Shown in pieces: positions 10,970-21,613 of a DNA stretch of 64,000 bases. Position 1 is the stretch's first letter. Every line of letters begins with the position of its first letter. Origin of the DNA: an uncultured Gammaproteobacteria bacterium (GTDB lineage Bacteria; Patescibacteriota; Microgenomatia; JALYQM01); NCBI GenBank assembly GCA_964535655.1, contig CAZHTP010000003.1, forward strand, positions 131,396 to 195,395. The letters are read 5' to 3'. The position numbers were made by a program, and so were the translations under genes. The notes below the pieces were generated by a model that worked only from the letters and a program-made list of their open reading frames with translations, was not told where the DNA came from and did not search any database.

Positions 10970-12928
10970 TTATCTTTTTTCATATAGTTCAATCTGTGCA
11001 TTATCAAAGGTTTTTTTTACGTTTAAAGTTCCAATTTCATTGGAATAAAGCTCTTGCCCGAGGTAACGAGGAACTAAGATGATAGCGTTGTGGTCAATGT
11101 TTAAAGTCATAGGCTGATCTTTTTTCCGTGTATAGTACTGCCACTTAGTCTTGCTTAATTTCTCTGCCAAGTAAGACTTGGCGTAGATAAATGGTGTACG
11201 AGCGCGATATTCCACAGTTTGGTTGGGCGCCAGATAAATAACTTTTTTATGGGAGTTTCTTAGCTTCGTAAGTGCTTCGATTTCGTATGAAGTGAGAATA
11301 CTATTTTCAGGATCTTTTAGTTGCTGATACAGCCACATTGAGGGAATGATAATTACTAACAATGGAATAAGAGTTGCTAGTTTTTTATTCCCGGTTTTGA
11401 AAAGTACGACCGTTGTCGTTAGTAAGCCAAGAAGAATAAAGCCATACCATAGATTAATTACAATATTTCTTTTACTTTTACTAACAGATTCTTTCCAAGC
11501 TTTGAACTCTTTGCTGATTTTTTCTATTTTAAGCAGAACCTGTGCCTGTTGCGTGTACTGTAACTGCAGCGTATGGTTTTCTTTGTAATCAAATGGGAAT
11601 TCTTCGTCATTAACAAATAACTGCTTCGGAGCAAAGGTCACCAGATTTTTCTGACCGTCAAAAACAGTAACATAAATTCCCTCTTCTTCAATTCTTAGAA
11701 TTCCTGTATCTTGAGCAATTTGCTTTTCCTGCTGAGGGAACCTTACTGAATCTACAACTGCCTTGGTGTTAATTCTAAGTGATTTTTGTGTATTTGGAAT
11801 AACATTAAAATCTTCAGATGACGTGTTTTTATAATCTCGGACATCGAATAAATACACTTTATCTCCTCTTCTTTGAATGCCTGCCCGATAAAAGGATGAA
11901 TTATACCAAATGGTTTGATTGTTATTTTCGTAATCTTTGGAAATAAAATATGCTGTAGGTGGCAAGATCTGTTTTGCGTTTAAAAATTGTGTGGCATACT
12001 CCTTCATCGTTCGTAGTTGCAGTCGTCCTTCTTTCTCCCACCCTTTGGTTTGAGCAACTTGTTTTCCATAATCCCGATAGCCTTCTGGGATTATTCCCCC
12101 TTCAAGGCCAAAAACTAATTGATCTCCGGCTTTTTTCAGAAAAATATCCTGCAAATACTGAATATAGCGTAAGTCGTATCCTTTAGTGGCATAATCCTGC
12201 ATGCTGAAGGTGCTGTGAGTAACTGAATCACCATAGGCACGATTAGGGTCTCGCGGCGCCCATTGCATTACTACGGCTTTGCTACTTGATTCATAATCTT
12301 TTGCTGGGACGGTTGCATTATCTGGTCGGGAAAGATATGGGATGCTCCACGGAGTTCCCCAAATAGAATAGGCATCGGTATTAAATTGATCGGAGCACTG
12401 GAGAACAGCGGTTATTCCATATTTCTGTTTCATATACTCAATGGGTTCTGCACCTACCCACCACGCTCCAACAGATGTTGGATAGTATCCGAAGACCGAC
12501 TTGAACTTATTAAAAGTAGTATCGATTATTTTATGTCGTTCGTATAAATCGTAGGAGACGAGTAATAATCCATCGGAATGGTACCATTGATTTTTTCCCC
12601 GGTACTGTACTTCGGATTTTTGGGCAGTATTTTTATCTATTTCCAAAAATATTCCGTGCTCCTGGTTTTGCATTTCTGCTTTAGCAAGATTGGTCATTTG
12701 ATTGTTTTCTAAGGCTGAATATTGCCACAACCACGTCGCTGAAACTGAAGCATCTTTGGTATATTGCCATTGGGATTTAAGGCTGGCTACTAGGTCCTGA
12801 TTTTCCAACCCCAATTGTGGTCCGCGTAGAGGATTAACGATTGTGATGGTGCCCGAAGCAACGGCCTTGCTAGGATGTGTGAGTAAGAACAGAAACACGA
12901 AGATAATTATTGCGATTCGTTTATACAT
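10970..12928 (-). CDS. Secreted/membrane protein with putative glycoside hydrolase/deacetylase-like barrel N-terminal domain and two C-terminal TM helices
   Basis: Signal peptide (..AVA|S); ATWLWQY, EHGIFLE, FKSVFGYYPTSVGAW resemble NodB/GH57-type barrels; TM helices at about aa 490-535. Confidence 0.55.
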   Translation of the reverse strand: MYKRIAIIIFVFLFLLTHPSKAVASGTITIVNPLRGPQLGLENQDLVASLKSQWQYTKDASVSATWLWQYSALENNQMTNLAKAEMQNQEHGIFLEIDKNTAQKSEVQYRGKNQWYHSDGLLLVSYDLYERHKIIDTTFNKFKSVFGYYPTSVGAWWVGAEPIEYMKQKYGITAVLQCSDQFNTDAYSIWGTPWSIPYLSRPDNATVPAKDYESSSKAVVMQWAPRDPNRAYGDSVTHSTFSMQDYATKGYDLRYIQYLQDIFLKKAGDQLVFGLEGGIIPEGYRDYGKQVAQTKGWEKEGRLQLRTMKEYATQFLNAKQILPPTAYFISKDYENNNQTIWYNSSFYRAGIQRRGDKVYLFDVRDYKNTSSEDFNVIPNTQKSLRINTKAVVDSVRFPQQEKQIAQDTGILRIEEEGIYVTVFDGQKNLVTFAPKQLFVNDEEFPFDYKENHTLQLQYTQQAQVLLKIEKISKEFKAWKESVSKSKRNIVINLWYGFILLGLLTTTVVLFKTGNKKLATLIPLLVIIIPSMWLYQQLKDPENSILTSYEIEALTKLRNSHKKVIYLAPNQTVEYRARTPFIYAKSYLAEKLSKTKWQYYTRKKDQPMTLNIDHNAIILVPRYLGQELYSNEIGTLNVKKTFDNAQIELYEKR

Positions 12929-12935
12929 TTAAAAG

Positions 12936-14069
12936 TTAATACGAGTTAATTATTATTTCAGCATTTTTTTCACTAAATTTTTCTTCAGCATAGGCACGGC
13001 AGCTTTTATTTATCTGATCGTTATTTGTTACCCGCTGTTGCATGCTTTGAATCGCCTGAACAATATTTTCTGGAGTGATATCAACTAATTCTCCGACGGA
13101 TCGGTCGAGAATCTCAGGAATTCCGCCGCGATTTGAACCGATTACCGGGGTCCCACAGGATAAAGCCTCCATAATTACACGGCCGGCTCCTTCTTCATGA
13201 GTTGAAGGGATGATAAAAACATCGGTTGCCTGAAAATACTGTGGCAAGATAGTGTTTACGATTTTACCTATAAAATCGAGCCTTTCATTGCTTTGCGCTG
13301 CAATTTTTACTTTATCTTCAAGTGGCCCTGTTCCGGCGATATGAATTGTAACTTGATTGTTACTTTTTAATAATTCAGCTGCTTGGAGTAATTCGTTGAT
13401 TCCTTTTTTTTCGAAAATCCTGCCTACGAATAAAACATGGAATTGATTGGTATCCCAATGTAGAGATTGTTTTGCGGCTGATTTATCTTTGAGAATAAAT
13501 AATTCCTGATTTACCCAATAGATGTATGGTTGGATTTTTTTTGCTGACACTCCTAACTTAACTAGCTCGGTTTTAGAATGATTCAGGAGGGAAAGAATTT
13601 GGTCGGCGCGATTACATGTCCAACGGGTTATTTTGGCAAATAGTGATTCTCCCTGAAATTCGTACACTGCATGGGTGCTTATAACAACTTTTACTTTAAA
13701 TATGGGCTTAAGAAGTACTGAAATAAAGGCTGCGTTAATGCCTTGGGCATGTACGGTTTTTACATTGGGGTGCGTTAGCAGGAAGAAAAAGGATGCCCAT
13801 AATAGCCGCGGGGTTAGATAGAGAAAATCTAATGCGGGATACGGTTCGACTTTATAGAATAAACTACGAATCCATTCTATGCGATGAATTTCAACATTGC
13901 CTTTCGTTTCTATTTTGGGAGCAGTTATTTTTAACATTAAAGGCTGATATGTTAAGACGTATGAACGAAAGGATTGTTTATCCAAAACGTTAACTAGATC
14001 ATCTAAATGAGTTTCAACGCCACCAATATTGGGAGAAAAAAATGGAGTGAGAATTAAGACATCGGACAT
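12936..14069 (-). CDS. Glycosyltransferase family 4
   Basis: FSPNIGGVETH, FVGRIFEKKG, EGAGRVIMEALSCG. Confidence 0.94.
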   Translation of the reverse strand: MSDVLILTPFFSPNIGGVETHLDDLVNVLDKQSFRSYVLTYQPLMLKITAPKIETKGNVEIHRIEWIRSLFYKVEPYPALDFLYLTPRLLWASFFFLLTHPNVKTVHAQGINAAFISVLLKPIFKVKVVISTHAVYEFQGESLFAKITRWTCNRADQILSLLNHSKTELVKLGVSAKKIQPYIYWVNQELFILKDKSAAKQSLHWDTNQFHVLFVGRIFEKKGINELLQAAELLKSNNQVTIHIAGTGPLEDKVKIAAQSNERLDFIGKIVNTILPQYFQATDVFIIPSTHEEGAGRVIMEALSCGTPVIGSNRGGIPEILDRSVGELVDITPENIVQAIQSMQQRVTNNDQINKSCRAYAEEKFSEKNAEIIINSY

Positions 14070-14113
14070 GGGTGTATTTTATCATTTTATTGCAGTAAGT
14101 GTTGCCAAGAGAG

Positions 14114-14323
14114 TTAACAGCAATAAATTACTTTTTGTAATTGACTATGCAAAGGCTCAGGAGCTGCACATTGCGTAAAATTATCCCAGCAATTGACTTA
14201 TCTTCAAGTAATAATCCCATCATTATTCCGAATAGAGGAATCCCTTGAGCAAAATTACTTGTGCCATCAATCGGATCAATCACCCTTGATTAACTCATTT
14301 TGAATAAATCCTTTAAATTTCAT
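14114..14323 (-). pseudogene. Inositol monophosphatase family remnant (internally deleted)
   Basis: ATG 14323 MKFKGFIQNELIK, then in a shifted frame VIDPIDGTSNFAQGIPLFGIMMGLL (IMPase DPIDGT motif); only ~210 nt in total. Confidence 0.75.
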
Positions 14324-14324
14324 A

Positions 14325-15374
14325 TTATTGACTCCATTTTGAACGGTCGTAGATTTCTTTTTTAACAAAGCTCTTGATTCGCTCTGTAGTATATACGTAG
14401 AGCGTTATTTCACAAAGAACGGGATGCATGAGCCATACCCAATCAGGTTTACGAAAAAAACCAATCACTGCCTGCGCAAGAAGTGGCAAAACAGTCAAAC
14501 AGGAGGCAATAAATAATACTAGTCCTGTAAAACTCGGACCGCCTGGATACAGTATTTTGAGAAAAATATTGCGCGTGTCGTGACTCACTCTGAGATTTTT
14601 TGACTGATAATACACATAATCACGCACACGACGCTGCTGCTTTCTTACAAATGTTTTAATGTCTGGTGTAAACAGATGTACCAGGCCAGTATCTACTTTT
14701 GCCATAAAACAGGAATTAGTATCGGGATTGTTTTGCATTAAAAGATTCATTACGTCAACATCAAAAAGATACTCGTCTTGTAATAGTGGCGACAAAAGGT
14801 TCCTTCTTACTGCAAAACCATTTGCACCAACCGTGGGTAATGGTTTATCTTTAAAAAGCTGGACTTTAAGATATCCTTCTTTTTTTTGCGTGGGAATATT
14901 AAGAGAAGTCCATTTATTAGTTATTACGCTAATATGATCATAATTTCCTAAAAATAGATTAATTGGATCGCCCATTCCCATATAGGCAAAATATCTTGTT
15001 AATGCGTTATCTGTTTTTCTTGAAAGAAAATATATCGACTCGGCGGCAACGATTTCTCCGTCATTAAACGGTTTTTGAAGCTTGGTTAACCAATCCGGAT
15101 CGATAAGAATATTATCGGAATCCAGAAAAATTACAAATTCACCTTGGGCCACTTTTAATCCCGCCATTTTACCGGCTTCACCTGTTTTTAAGGGATTAGC
15201 AACTATTTTTGTATTATATTTATTTACAATATCTAAAGTTTGATCTATTGATCCGCCATCGGCAATTATGATTTCGTATTCTTCCTTAGGATAGTTTTGA
15301 GCTACGACGTATTTTAAACACTCATCAAGTGTTCTCTGGGCATTTAATGTTGGAATTATTATTGAATATGTCAT
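14325..15374 (-). CDS. Glycosyltransferase family 2
   Basis: YSIIIPTLN, ADGGSID, FLDSDN; C-terminal TM segments. Confidence 0.92.
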   Translation of the reverse strand: MTYSIIIPTLNAQRTLDECLKYVVAQNYPKEEYEIIIADGGSIDQTLDIVNKYNTKIVANPLKTGEAGKMAGLKVAQGEFVIFLDSDNILIDPDWLTKLQKPFNDGEIVAAESIYFLSRKTDNALTRYFAYMGMGDPINLFLGNYDHISVITNKWTSLNIPTQKKEGYLKVQLFKDKPLPTVGANGFAVRRNLLSPLLQDEYLFDVDVMNLLMQNNPDTNSCFMAKVDTGLVHLFTPDIKTFVRKQQRRVRDYVYYQSKNLRVSHDTRNIFLKILYPGGPSFTGLVLFIASCLTVLPLLAQAVIGFFRKPDWVWLMHPVLCEITLYVYTTERIKSFVKKEIYDRSKWSQ

Positions 15375-15430
15375 AGGCAATATAATTAGTTGTCATTATA
15401 ACCTGAAGCTTCGTATGTTACAATTTGAGT

Positions 15431-16189
15431 ATGAAAGAGCTTGATAACAAAATTGCACTGGTGACTGGAGCAGCAAAAGGAATTGGTCGCGGGATAGCAC
15501 TGGAGATGGCCAAGGCAGGGGCTACTGTTGTTCTTGCTGATATTGATGATGCAAGCTTATTGCAAACGGAGCGAGCATTTGTGAATGAAGGGTATTCATG
15601 TGCCGCTCAGAACTCTGATGTTAGTTCGCGTGAGCAAAATGATTCGCTTGTTGATAGTATATTAGAAAAATATGGTCGCATCGATATTTTAGTTAATAAT
15701 GCTGGATATTACCAAGATATGCCCTTACTTGATGGTAATTTTGCTGATGTCCAGAAGATTTTTCTCACTAATATTATTGGTCCTTACTTTTTAACTCAAC
15801 GTGTTGCCCGTGAAATGATATCCCAAAAAACTCATGGCTCGATACTTTTTACCTCTTCCACTCATGCTCGAGTCACTATTATGCGGCCGGCGTATTCTTC
15901 TTCCAAAGCCGCAGTCGAGATGTTTGTACGGGAAACTGCATTGGAGCTGGCAGAATTTGGTATTCGGGTCAATGCTGTTGCGCCTGGCGCCATAGATATT
16001 TGGGCTATGGAAAACAGAAGATCTGAACATGTTCCGATGGGACATTTGGGGACTCCTGAAGATATAGGGCACGCCATGGTTTATTTAGCTAGTGATAAAG
16101 CTCTCTATATAACCGGGCAAACACTAACTGTTGATGGTGCTTTTTCATTGGCACATACCCATTACTGGGGTAAAAAAGGTAAACTGTAG
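15431..16189 (+). CDS. Short-chain dehydrogenase/reductase (SDR, FabG-like)
   Basis: TGAAKGIG, NNAG, YSSSK, IRVNAVAPG, ITGQTLTVDG; ATG 15431 lies 6 nt after TGtTACAAT. Confidence 0.93.
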   Translation: MKELDNKIALVTGAAKGIGRGIALEMAKAGATVVLADIDDASLLQTERAFVNEGYSCAAQNSDVSSREQNDSLVDSILEKYGRIDILVNNAGYYQDMPLLDGNFADVQKIFLTNIIGPYFLTQRVAREMISQKTHGSILFTSSTHARVTIMRPAYSSSKAAVEMFVRETALELAEFGIRVNAVAPGAIDIWAMENRRSEHVPMGHLGTPEDIGHAMVYLASDKALYITGQTLTVDGAFSLAHTHYWGKKGKL

Positions 16190-16254
16190 ATTCCAACAAA
16201 ATAGATATTGCAATTCGTCTTCTTTTTGAACTATAGTTTTAGAAGGGTCGTACC

Positions 16255-16812
16255 ATGTGTACTGTTGAAGGATTATTTGCTCGAGAATTTTCCGTACGTT
16301 TAGACCAAAACGGTCAAAGAAGAATTGCTTCACTTCTTGATATTCCACAACAAAATCCGAAATTTGAAGTTGTTTCTTTGGATGCTCATTCAATAACGCA
16401 TGTAGCGGTGAATATCGCTGAACCTTTAACTGAAATTCCAGTAGACCAGCTTGCCGATCCACAATTTCTAAATCGTTACTATCATCGTCATTTGGGGAAT
16501 TTAGATGGATTTAGAGCCGTAGTTGTTGACTCAGGTACATATGCACTCGTGCTTCGTCAAATTGAGCTTCACCATCCGGGGTTTTTACGAGATACATTTT
16601 TAATTGATCCGGACGGAAATAAAGGATTAAGTGGATTCCGCTGGATTGTAACGCAGGACGAACCACTGCGGTTACGCGACCCCCATGGTTGTACACTGAC
16701 TTATGCTGCGGTCCTAGCTTCACATAACGGCACAGATTTTTGTCTAGGACATCGGATGATTAGTTCCGGCGCCGCCGATATCGGGATACTTCCGGTTATT
16801 ATTCCTGAATAA
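16255..16812 (+). CDS. Hypothetical protein
   Basis: 185-aa ORF filling the gap between the SDR and the convergent surface-protein gene; no recognised motif. Confidence 0.6.
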   Translation: MCTVEGLFAREFSVRLDQNGQRRIASLLDIPQQNPKFEVVSLDAHSITHVAVNIAEPLTEIPVDQLADPQFLNRYYHRHLGNLDGFRAVVVDSGTYALVLRQIELHHPGFLRDTFLIDPDGNKGLSGFRWIVTQDEPLRLRDPHGCTLTYAAVLASHNGTDFCLGHRMISSGAADIGILPVIIPE

Positions 16813-16845
16813 ACTACGGTAGAGAAAAACCTACCTTTTTAATTC

Positions 16846-19680
16846 TTACTTATATTGGAAGTACCCTCCACACATCAACCATTCTGATTGTTTGTATCCT
16901 TTGGAACATCCATTATCGGTAGTCCAGGTACCTGTTGAAAGCACTGAAGGACTGGCACTCATATAATCTGTTCCGTCAATATTGATTTTCTCAATGCGGA
17001 CATTACGATCCTCTCCTGTTGCAGAATTGAAATAGTCATTTAAGAATCTGACCCGAACTTGCTCCGGTACAATTTTATAGGTCGCGTTAAATACTTTTTC
17101 GACAAACTGACCAGTAACCGGATTACCGGCAATACCGGTGAATGAAGCAACCTGTCTAAAGCCAGCATTATTTATATTAACGTTTAATCCAATTGAGGGA
17201 TATACTCCTCGCACTGCGTTTCCTGCAGCATATATTGCTACTCGTGAGCCTGTTGAAACCAACGGTGGTGGGGTTATATTATTTATGGTTGTCGACGCAG
17301 GTGTTGCGGTTGGAACTAGACTTGGGGTCTTGTTTGGTGAAGGAGACTGTGTAATTGAACTTGTAGCTACTGGAGTTCCACCACTCTCAAGACCCATTTT
17401 CTGTTCAATAAACCAATAACTGTCATTGGCGCGCATAGCAGGGCTAATATATGAGGTGAAATTAGAAAATAGATCACGTGGTTGTGTAAATGTTGGTGCA
17501 TTATTTTTATCGTAATCGAGTTCGATATGGACGTTAAGGACATCAGTGCCGACGTTAAACATGAGCTGGTTCATTCCTTGAATCAGTTCTGCCGGATCAA
17601 TGTAGATTCCATCAGAATGCGGCGTATATGTTCCTACAATTTCCGTAATATTTTGTGATTGAATATTTAGTTTTGGATCTGGAAGTGGATATGTTTTACC
17701 ATTTACCACTACATTTTGACTTGAGTTCCAGGTATATGTCGAATTGCCAAATGGTTGCATTGTAAACATTAAACGAGCTTTACCGACTGGAGTACCAATG
17801 GGATCAGGAATTGGTATTTTTGTAGTTCTGTTACCTGATGGAACCGGGTTTGCCACTGTGCCGCGAGCAATCATTGGAGTTGTGCCTGTTGCTTCGCCGT
17901 CGATATAGTTATGTGTTACGATTGTCGGCGCAGGTCCATTGAACCCAAAATTATCCCAATGAAGCATGGAGGTGGTCGGACCAATAATTCCGTTATATTG
18001 TTTTCCGGTGTTATATGAGAATAGCGTTGAATGAATCTGATATTTATTTATATTTGCAAATAGCGCGGGGGTTGCGGCTTCAGCCATTAAAGCGCTATCT
18101 ATAAATAATTTTATTTTTTGAGGTGAATATTGTATAACCCAATGCCTTCGGACGTTAGGAACTGGGTTAATGGGTGCACTAATTTCAGCGATAGGACTAA
18201 ATCCACCGGTCTGTTTTCCGGCAATATTACAATCCTGAATAGAGGCTCCACCATCCCAGGTTGCGCTGGCCTGCTTAGTTTGGTTAAGGGAATGCGGATT
18301 ATTAGAAGCGTCATAATAGTGGAATACTATTTTATCCATATATTGGGTAATGCGAATCATTCTACCCGGATCTTCGTGATCGGCATCAAAGAGATCATTG
18401 TGGCTAGTGATATCAAGCGGCATACCATTTTTACGAGCGTCGGCAGGGATGATATCGATGTACCAAACATCTCTTGGCTGAGATACCCCGTCCATATCGA
18501 ATTCAATTTGCCCTGGGTTTGCTTCGGATTTACCTGTAATATCAAAGATCGCCCGTGGGCGTGCAACGTTTCCATCTCGGTCACAATTTGATTCAGTTTG
18601 ATTATGAGCATGGAATTGGGAGTTAATAAATTGCCCATCTTCACCTACTTTAACGCATGCGGTTGAAGCATGATTCCATTTTGCTTCATCAAACCCACCT
18701 GCTGAAATGTTGAAATCGTCAAAAAACCCGGTTAAACGTGATCGCATCGCGTCTACTCGAGCAGTGGTTGGGATAACTGAAGTTACAACCGGAAGAGACA
18801 CATTTCCATTTGCCACTGCGTAGGTATCTGAACCACCTTGTTCACTTGATGTTGGTATTGTATTGTATGATCCCTGTACCGATTGCACTTGAACAATATA
18901 TTTTACTCCATTTTCAAGTGGTTGAATTTGGGTAATGGGATGAATTGTTTGCTTCATATCGGTAAATGTTCCAAGACTTTCTTTGCCCCAGCGAACAACA
19001 TACCCTACCACATTTCCTCCACTTGCCGGATCCCAGGTAACGGTGGCAACTTGATCATCAGCAAAAATTTGTACATTTTTTGGTTGCGGAATACCTGAAA
19101 GTTCAGCAGCCATTGATTGATTAGCTCTACTAGCATTAAAGAGAGCTGCAACAATTGTTTTTTGATACGTAGCAATTGTTATAATAAAGGCAAAAACTAA
19201 GACAAACACAAGAGCATCGAATGCAAGCGTTTGAATATTTGTTTTCTTAACGGCTGGAGCATTTTTATTACTGATATTACCGTACAATGCTAAAGCAATT
19301 AATAATGCCGCAGCTGTTAACACTAAAAGAACGGTGGTTCCTGTTGAGGCTGAGAACCAACCAATCTGGGCAATATCTACGGTAAGTGGCTTCCCTTCTA
19401 ATTTTACGGTGTTATTATATGTTTTTCCATTATAAAAAGTTCGCAATGAATACTCGCCGTGAGGTATATCTTCGAAGGTCGCAAATCCTTGTGTATCGGT
19501 TTTTCTGCTTTGATCAGCAAGCGAAATATCCGTGTTTGGAAGAACTGCGGATTTATTGAGAACTCGTACTGTCGTAAACATTGGCATTGCCATTTGATGC
19601 TGGGAATAAACTGGTAGCGTAACCACTCCAAAAGATATTACGATGAAAGTAAGAAGCATGACTTTTAATTTTTTACGCAT
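16846..19680 (-). CDS. Large surface protein: N-terminal carboxypeptidase-regulatory-like domain, two TM helices, fibronectin type III, beta-rich region, S/T/P linker, C-terminal CBM60-like module
   Basis: KTDTQGFATFEDIPHGEY; PKNVQI..ATVTWDP..GYVVRW..LENGVKYIVQVQS (FN3); TPSLVPTATP linker; VRFLNDY..EDRNVRIEKINIDG. Confidence 0.75.
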   Translation of the reverse strand: MRKKLKVMLLTFIVISFGVVTLPVYSQHQMAMPMFTTVRVLNKSAVLPNTDISLADQSRKTDTQGFATFEDIPHGEYSLRTFYNGKTYNNTVKLEGKPLTVDIAQIGWFSASTGTTVLLVLTAAALLIALALYGNISNKNAPAVKKTNIQTLAFDALVFVLVFAFIITIATYQKTIVAALFNASRANQSMAAELSGIPQPKNVQIFADDQVATVTWDPASGGNVVGYVVRWGKESLGTFTDMKQTIHPITQIQPLENGVKYIVQVQSVQGSYNTIPTSSEQGGSDTYAVANGNVSLPVVTSVIPTTARVDAMRSRLTGFFDDFNISAGGFDEAKWNHASTACVKVGEDGQFINSQFHAHNQTESNCDRDGNVARPRAIFDITGKSEANPGQIEFDMDGVSQPRDVWYIDIIPADARKNGMPLDITSHNDLFDADHEDPGRMIRITQYMDKIVFHYYDASNNPHSLNQTKQASATWDGGASIQDCNIAGKQTGGFSPIAEISAPINPVPNVRRHWVIQYSPQKIKLFIDSALMAEAATPALFANINKYQIHSTLFSYNTGKQYNGIIGPTTSMLHWDNFGFNGPAPTIVTHNYIDGEATGTTPMIARGTVANPVPSGNRTTKIPIPDPIGTPVGKARLMFTMQPFGNSTYTWNSSQNVVVNGKTYPLPDPKLNIQSQNITEIVGTYTPHSDGIYIDPAELIQGMNQLMFNVGTDVLNVHIELDYDKNNAPTFTQPRDLFSNFTSYISPAMRANDSYWFIEQKMGLESGGTPVATSSITQSPSPNKTPSLVPTATPASTTINNITPPPLVSTGSRVAIYAAGNAVRGVYPSIGLNVNINNAGFRQVASFTGIAGNPVTGQFVEKVFNATYKIVPEQVRVRFLNDYFNSATGEDRNVRIEKINIDGTDYMSASPSVLSTGTWTTDNGCSKGYKQSEWLMCGGYFQYK

Positions 19681-19716
19681 AGGAATTACCCAGTAATTAG
19701 TGCTTGCACTAGCATA

Positions 19717-20847
19717 TTATATATTTTTTGAAGCTGCTAGAAGAGAAAGCGACTTCTCTGTAGCGTTCTTCCATGTAAACTGGTTACTCCAATCCTTAGC
19801 ATTGGACTGGAATTGTTTATACAACTCCTGATTGGACACAAGATCTGTAACTCCTCGAACAAAATCCTCTTCGCTTGAAACTACGAAACCGGTGCTATTG
19901 TTATTTACACTGTTTCTTAACCCCGCAGCGTCAAAAACTACCGCTGGAGTGCCAACTGCGTTGGCTTCAATTACAACTAGGCCCCATCCTTCTTTATACG
20001 AGCCATGGACTAACATTGTTGCTTTTTGAAGTAATTCAAATTTTTTTTCCTGGGATACTTTTCCATAAAAAGTTATATCGTTATGACATTCTTCAGACTT
20101 AACTTTATTAACTACCTGTTGTCCATACGGCAATGAATGATCTCCGACAACCCATAACTTGCAATTTGATATTTCTTTTTTTATCAATTTAAAAGCACTA
20201 TATACCCGATCAAATCCTTTCATTGGACGTAATTGACTCAAAAAAATAATAGTTGGTTCTATTTCTTTAGGATACGTTTTTAAGCCATTGGGGACGGTAA
20301 CGCCGTAGGGAATTAATGTAATGTTGTTTTTAGGTATACCGATTTTTATAAGATCATCGACGGTCGTTTGTGCTCCGGCGATGATCGGTACTTTTTGATA
20401 TGCCTTAAAAAATAATGGTTCGACAAGGTTTTGCATTATCCAACTGAGCGGAAACGGTACCGTTTTTTTCCAAATGTCCCCGGCAACTTCATGTATTATT
20501 ACTACTTTTTCTTTTTTGATGTAGAGTGGCGTAAGGAACGGAGGGCCATGAATTTCATCCACAACAAAATCAAATTCTTTGTGCCATTTTGTCATCCATT
20601 TGATAAAAATAAACAGGTGGATTAGACCTAAAAACCACATCCATTTTTTTCCGATATGCTCATATTCAACTCCATTTTTTGATGTTATTGAGGTGCTTCC
20701 TGGATAATTTATGCTTACCCAGTGAACTCGATGCCCGGCTTTAACCCAGGCAATGGCGTGTTGCTCACCCGAGATTTCTGCGCCACCAGCGTTGGGATTT
20801 GTTATATCTTTCCATGAAAGCCAAAGAATGTTCATATTATTCATCAA
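19717..20847 (-). CDS. Glycosyltransferase family 4
   Basis: WKDITNPNAGGAE, EGWGLVVIEANAVGTP. Confidence 0.94.
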   Translation of the reverse strand: MMNNMNILWLSWKDITNPNAGGAEISGEQHAIAWVKAGHRVHWVSINYPGSTSITSKNGVEYEHIGKKWMWFLGLIHLFIFIKWMTKWHKEFDFVVDEIHGPPFLTPLYIKKEKVVIIHEVAGDIWKKTVPFPLSWIMQNLVEPLFFKAYQKVPIIAGAQTTVDDLIKIGIPKNNITLIPYGVTVPNGLKTYPKEIEPTIIFLSQLRPMKGFDRVYSAFKLIKKEISNCKLWVVGDHSLPYGQQVVNKVKSEECHNDITFYGKVSQEKKFELLQKATMLVHGSYKEGWGLVVIEANAVGTPAVVFDAAGLRNSVNNNSTGFVVSSEEDFVRGVTDLVSNQELYKQFQSNAKDWSNQFTWKNATEKSLSLLAASKNI

Positions 20848-21613
20848 ATTGCTTAATTAACCAGTTTTCTTTGTTCGCGTCATCGTAATAATGTAGAATG
20901 TGCATTCTGTAAAAAACAGCTGCTGTATCCCACAACATATTTACGATCGCTTTGCGATTTATACTCGTATTTGAAAAAACATGTGTGAGCTCTACGGGAG
21001 CTTCGTAGACCTTAGTGTAGCCTAAGTGATAGGCTACGGCGAGCATTTCGATATCAAACGCCCACCTTTTGATTAGTAATCGCGGCATGACATCTTCTAG
21101 AACCTGACGCTTAAAAATCTTGAGTCCAGTTTGTGTATCTCGAATAGTTAATCCGAAAAGCATTTTGCACACTATCTGATACCCGAAACTGTATACTCTG
21201 CGCAACCACGGATATACTACTTTTGAAGCAGGATGCCTTTTAGATCCAACAATAATGTCTGCTTTGTACCATTCCATATGCTCAAGCAGCATCGACAGCC
21301 CATTTGGATTTAAATCCATTCCTGAATCTATGAATGCGATATATTCTCCCGTAGCTTTTGAGATTCCGTATCGAACGGCGTATCCTTTGCCGCGATTTTT
21401 ATCATACGAATATAACTTTACTTTTGACTTCGGAGAAGCAACCTCTTCCTTAAATTCCTCCATCTTTTGAAAAGTTTTATCTGAGCTTCCGTCATTTACA
21501 ACAATCATTTCATAGTCATAGCGCAATTGTTCTAACACTTTTTGAATATGATCTAGGTCTTCCACTATGGTTTTTTGCTGCTTATAGGCAGGAATTATAA
21601 CTGAGATTTTCAT
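20837..21613 (-). CDS. Glycosyltransferase family 2, polyprenyl-phosphate sugar synthase (DPM/DPG-synthase-like)
   Basis: VNDGSSD, NRGKGYAV, FIDSGMD, DTQTGLKIF, WAFDIE. Confidence 0.92.
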   Translation of the reverse strand: MKISVIIPAYKQQKTIVEDLDHIQKVLEQLRYDYEMIVVNDGSSDKTFQKMEEFKEEVASPKSKVKLYSYDKNRGKGYAVRYGISKATGEYIAFIDSGMDLNPNGLSMLLEHMEWYKADIIVGSKRHPASKVVYPWLRRVYSFGYQIVCKMLFGLTIRDTQTGLKIFKRQVLEDVMPRLLIKRWAFDIEMLAVAYHLGYTKVYEAPVELTHVFSNTSINRKAIVNMLWDTAAVFYRMHILHYYDDANKENWLIKQFDE

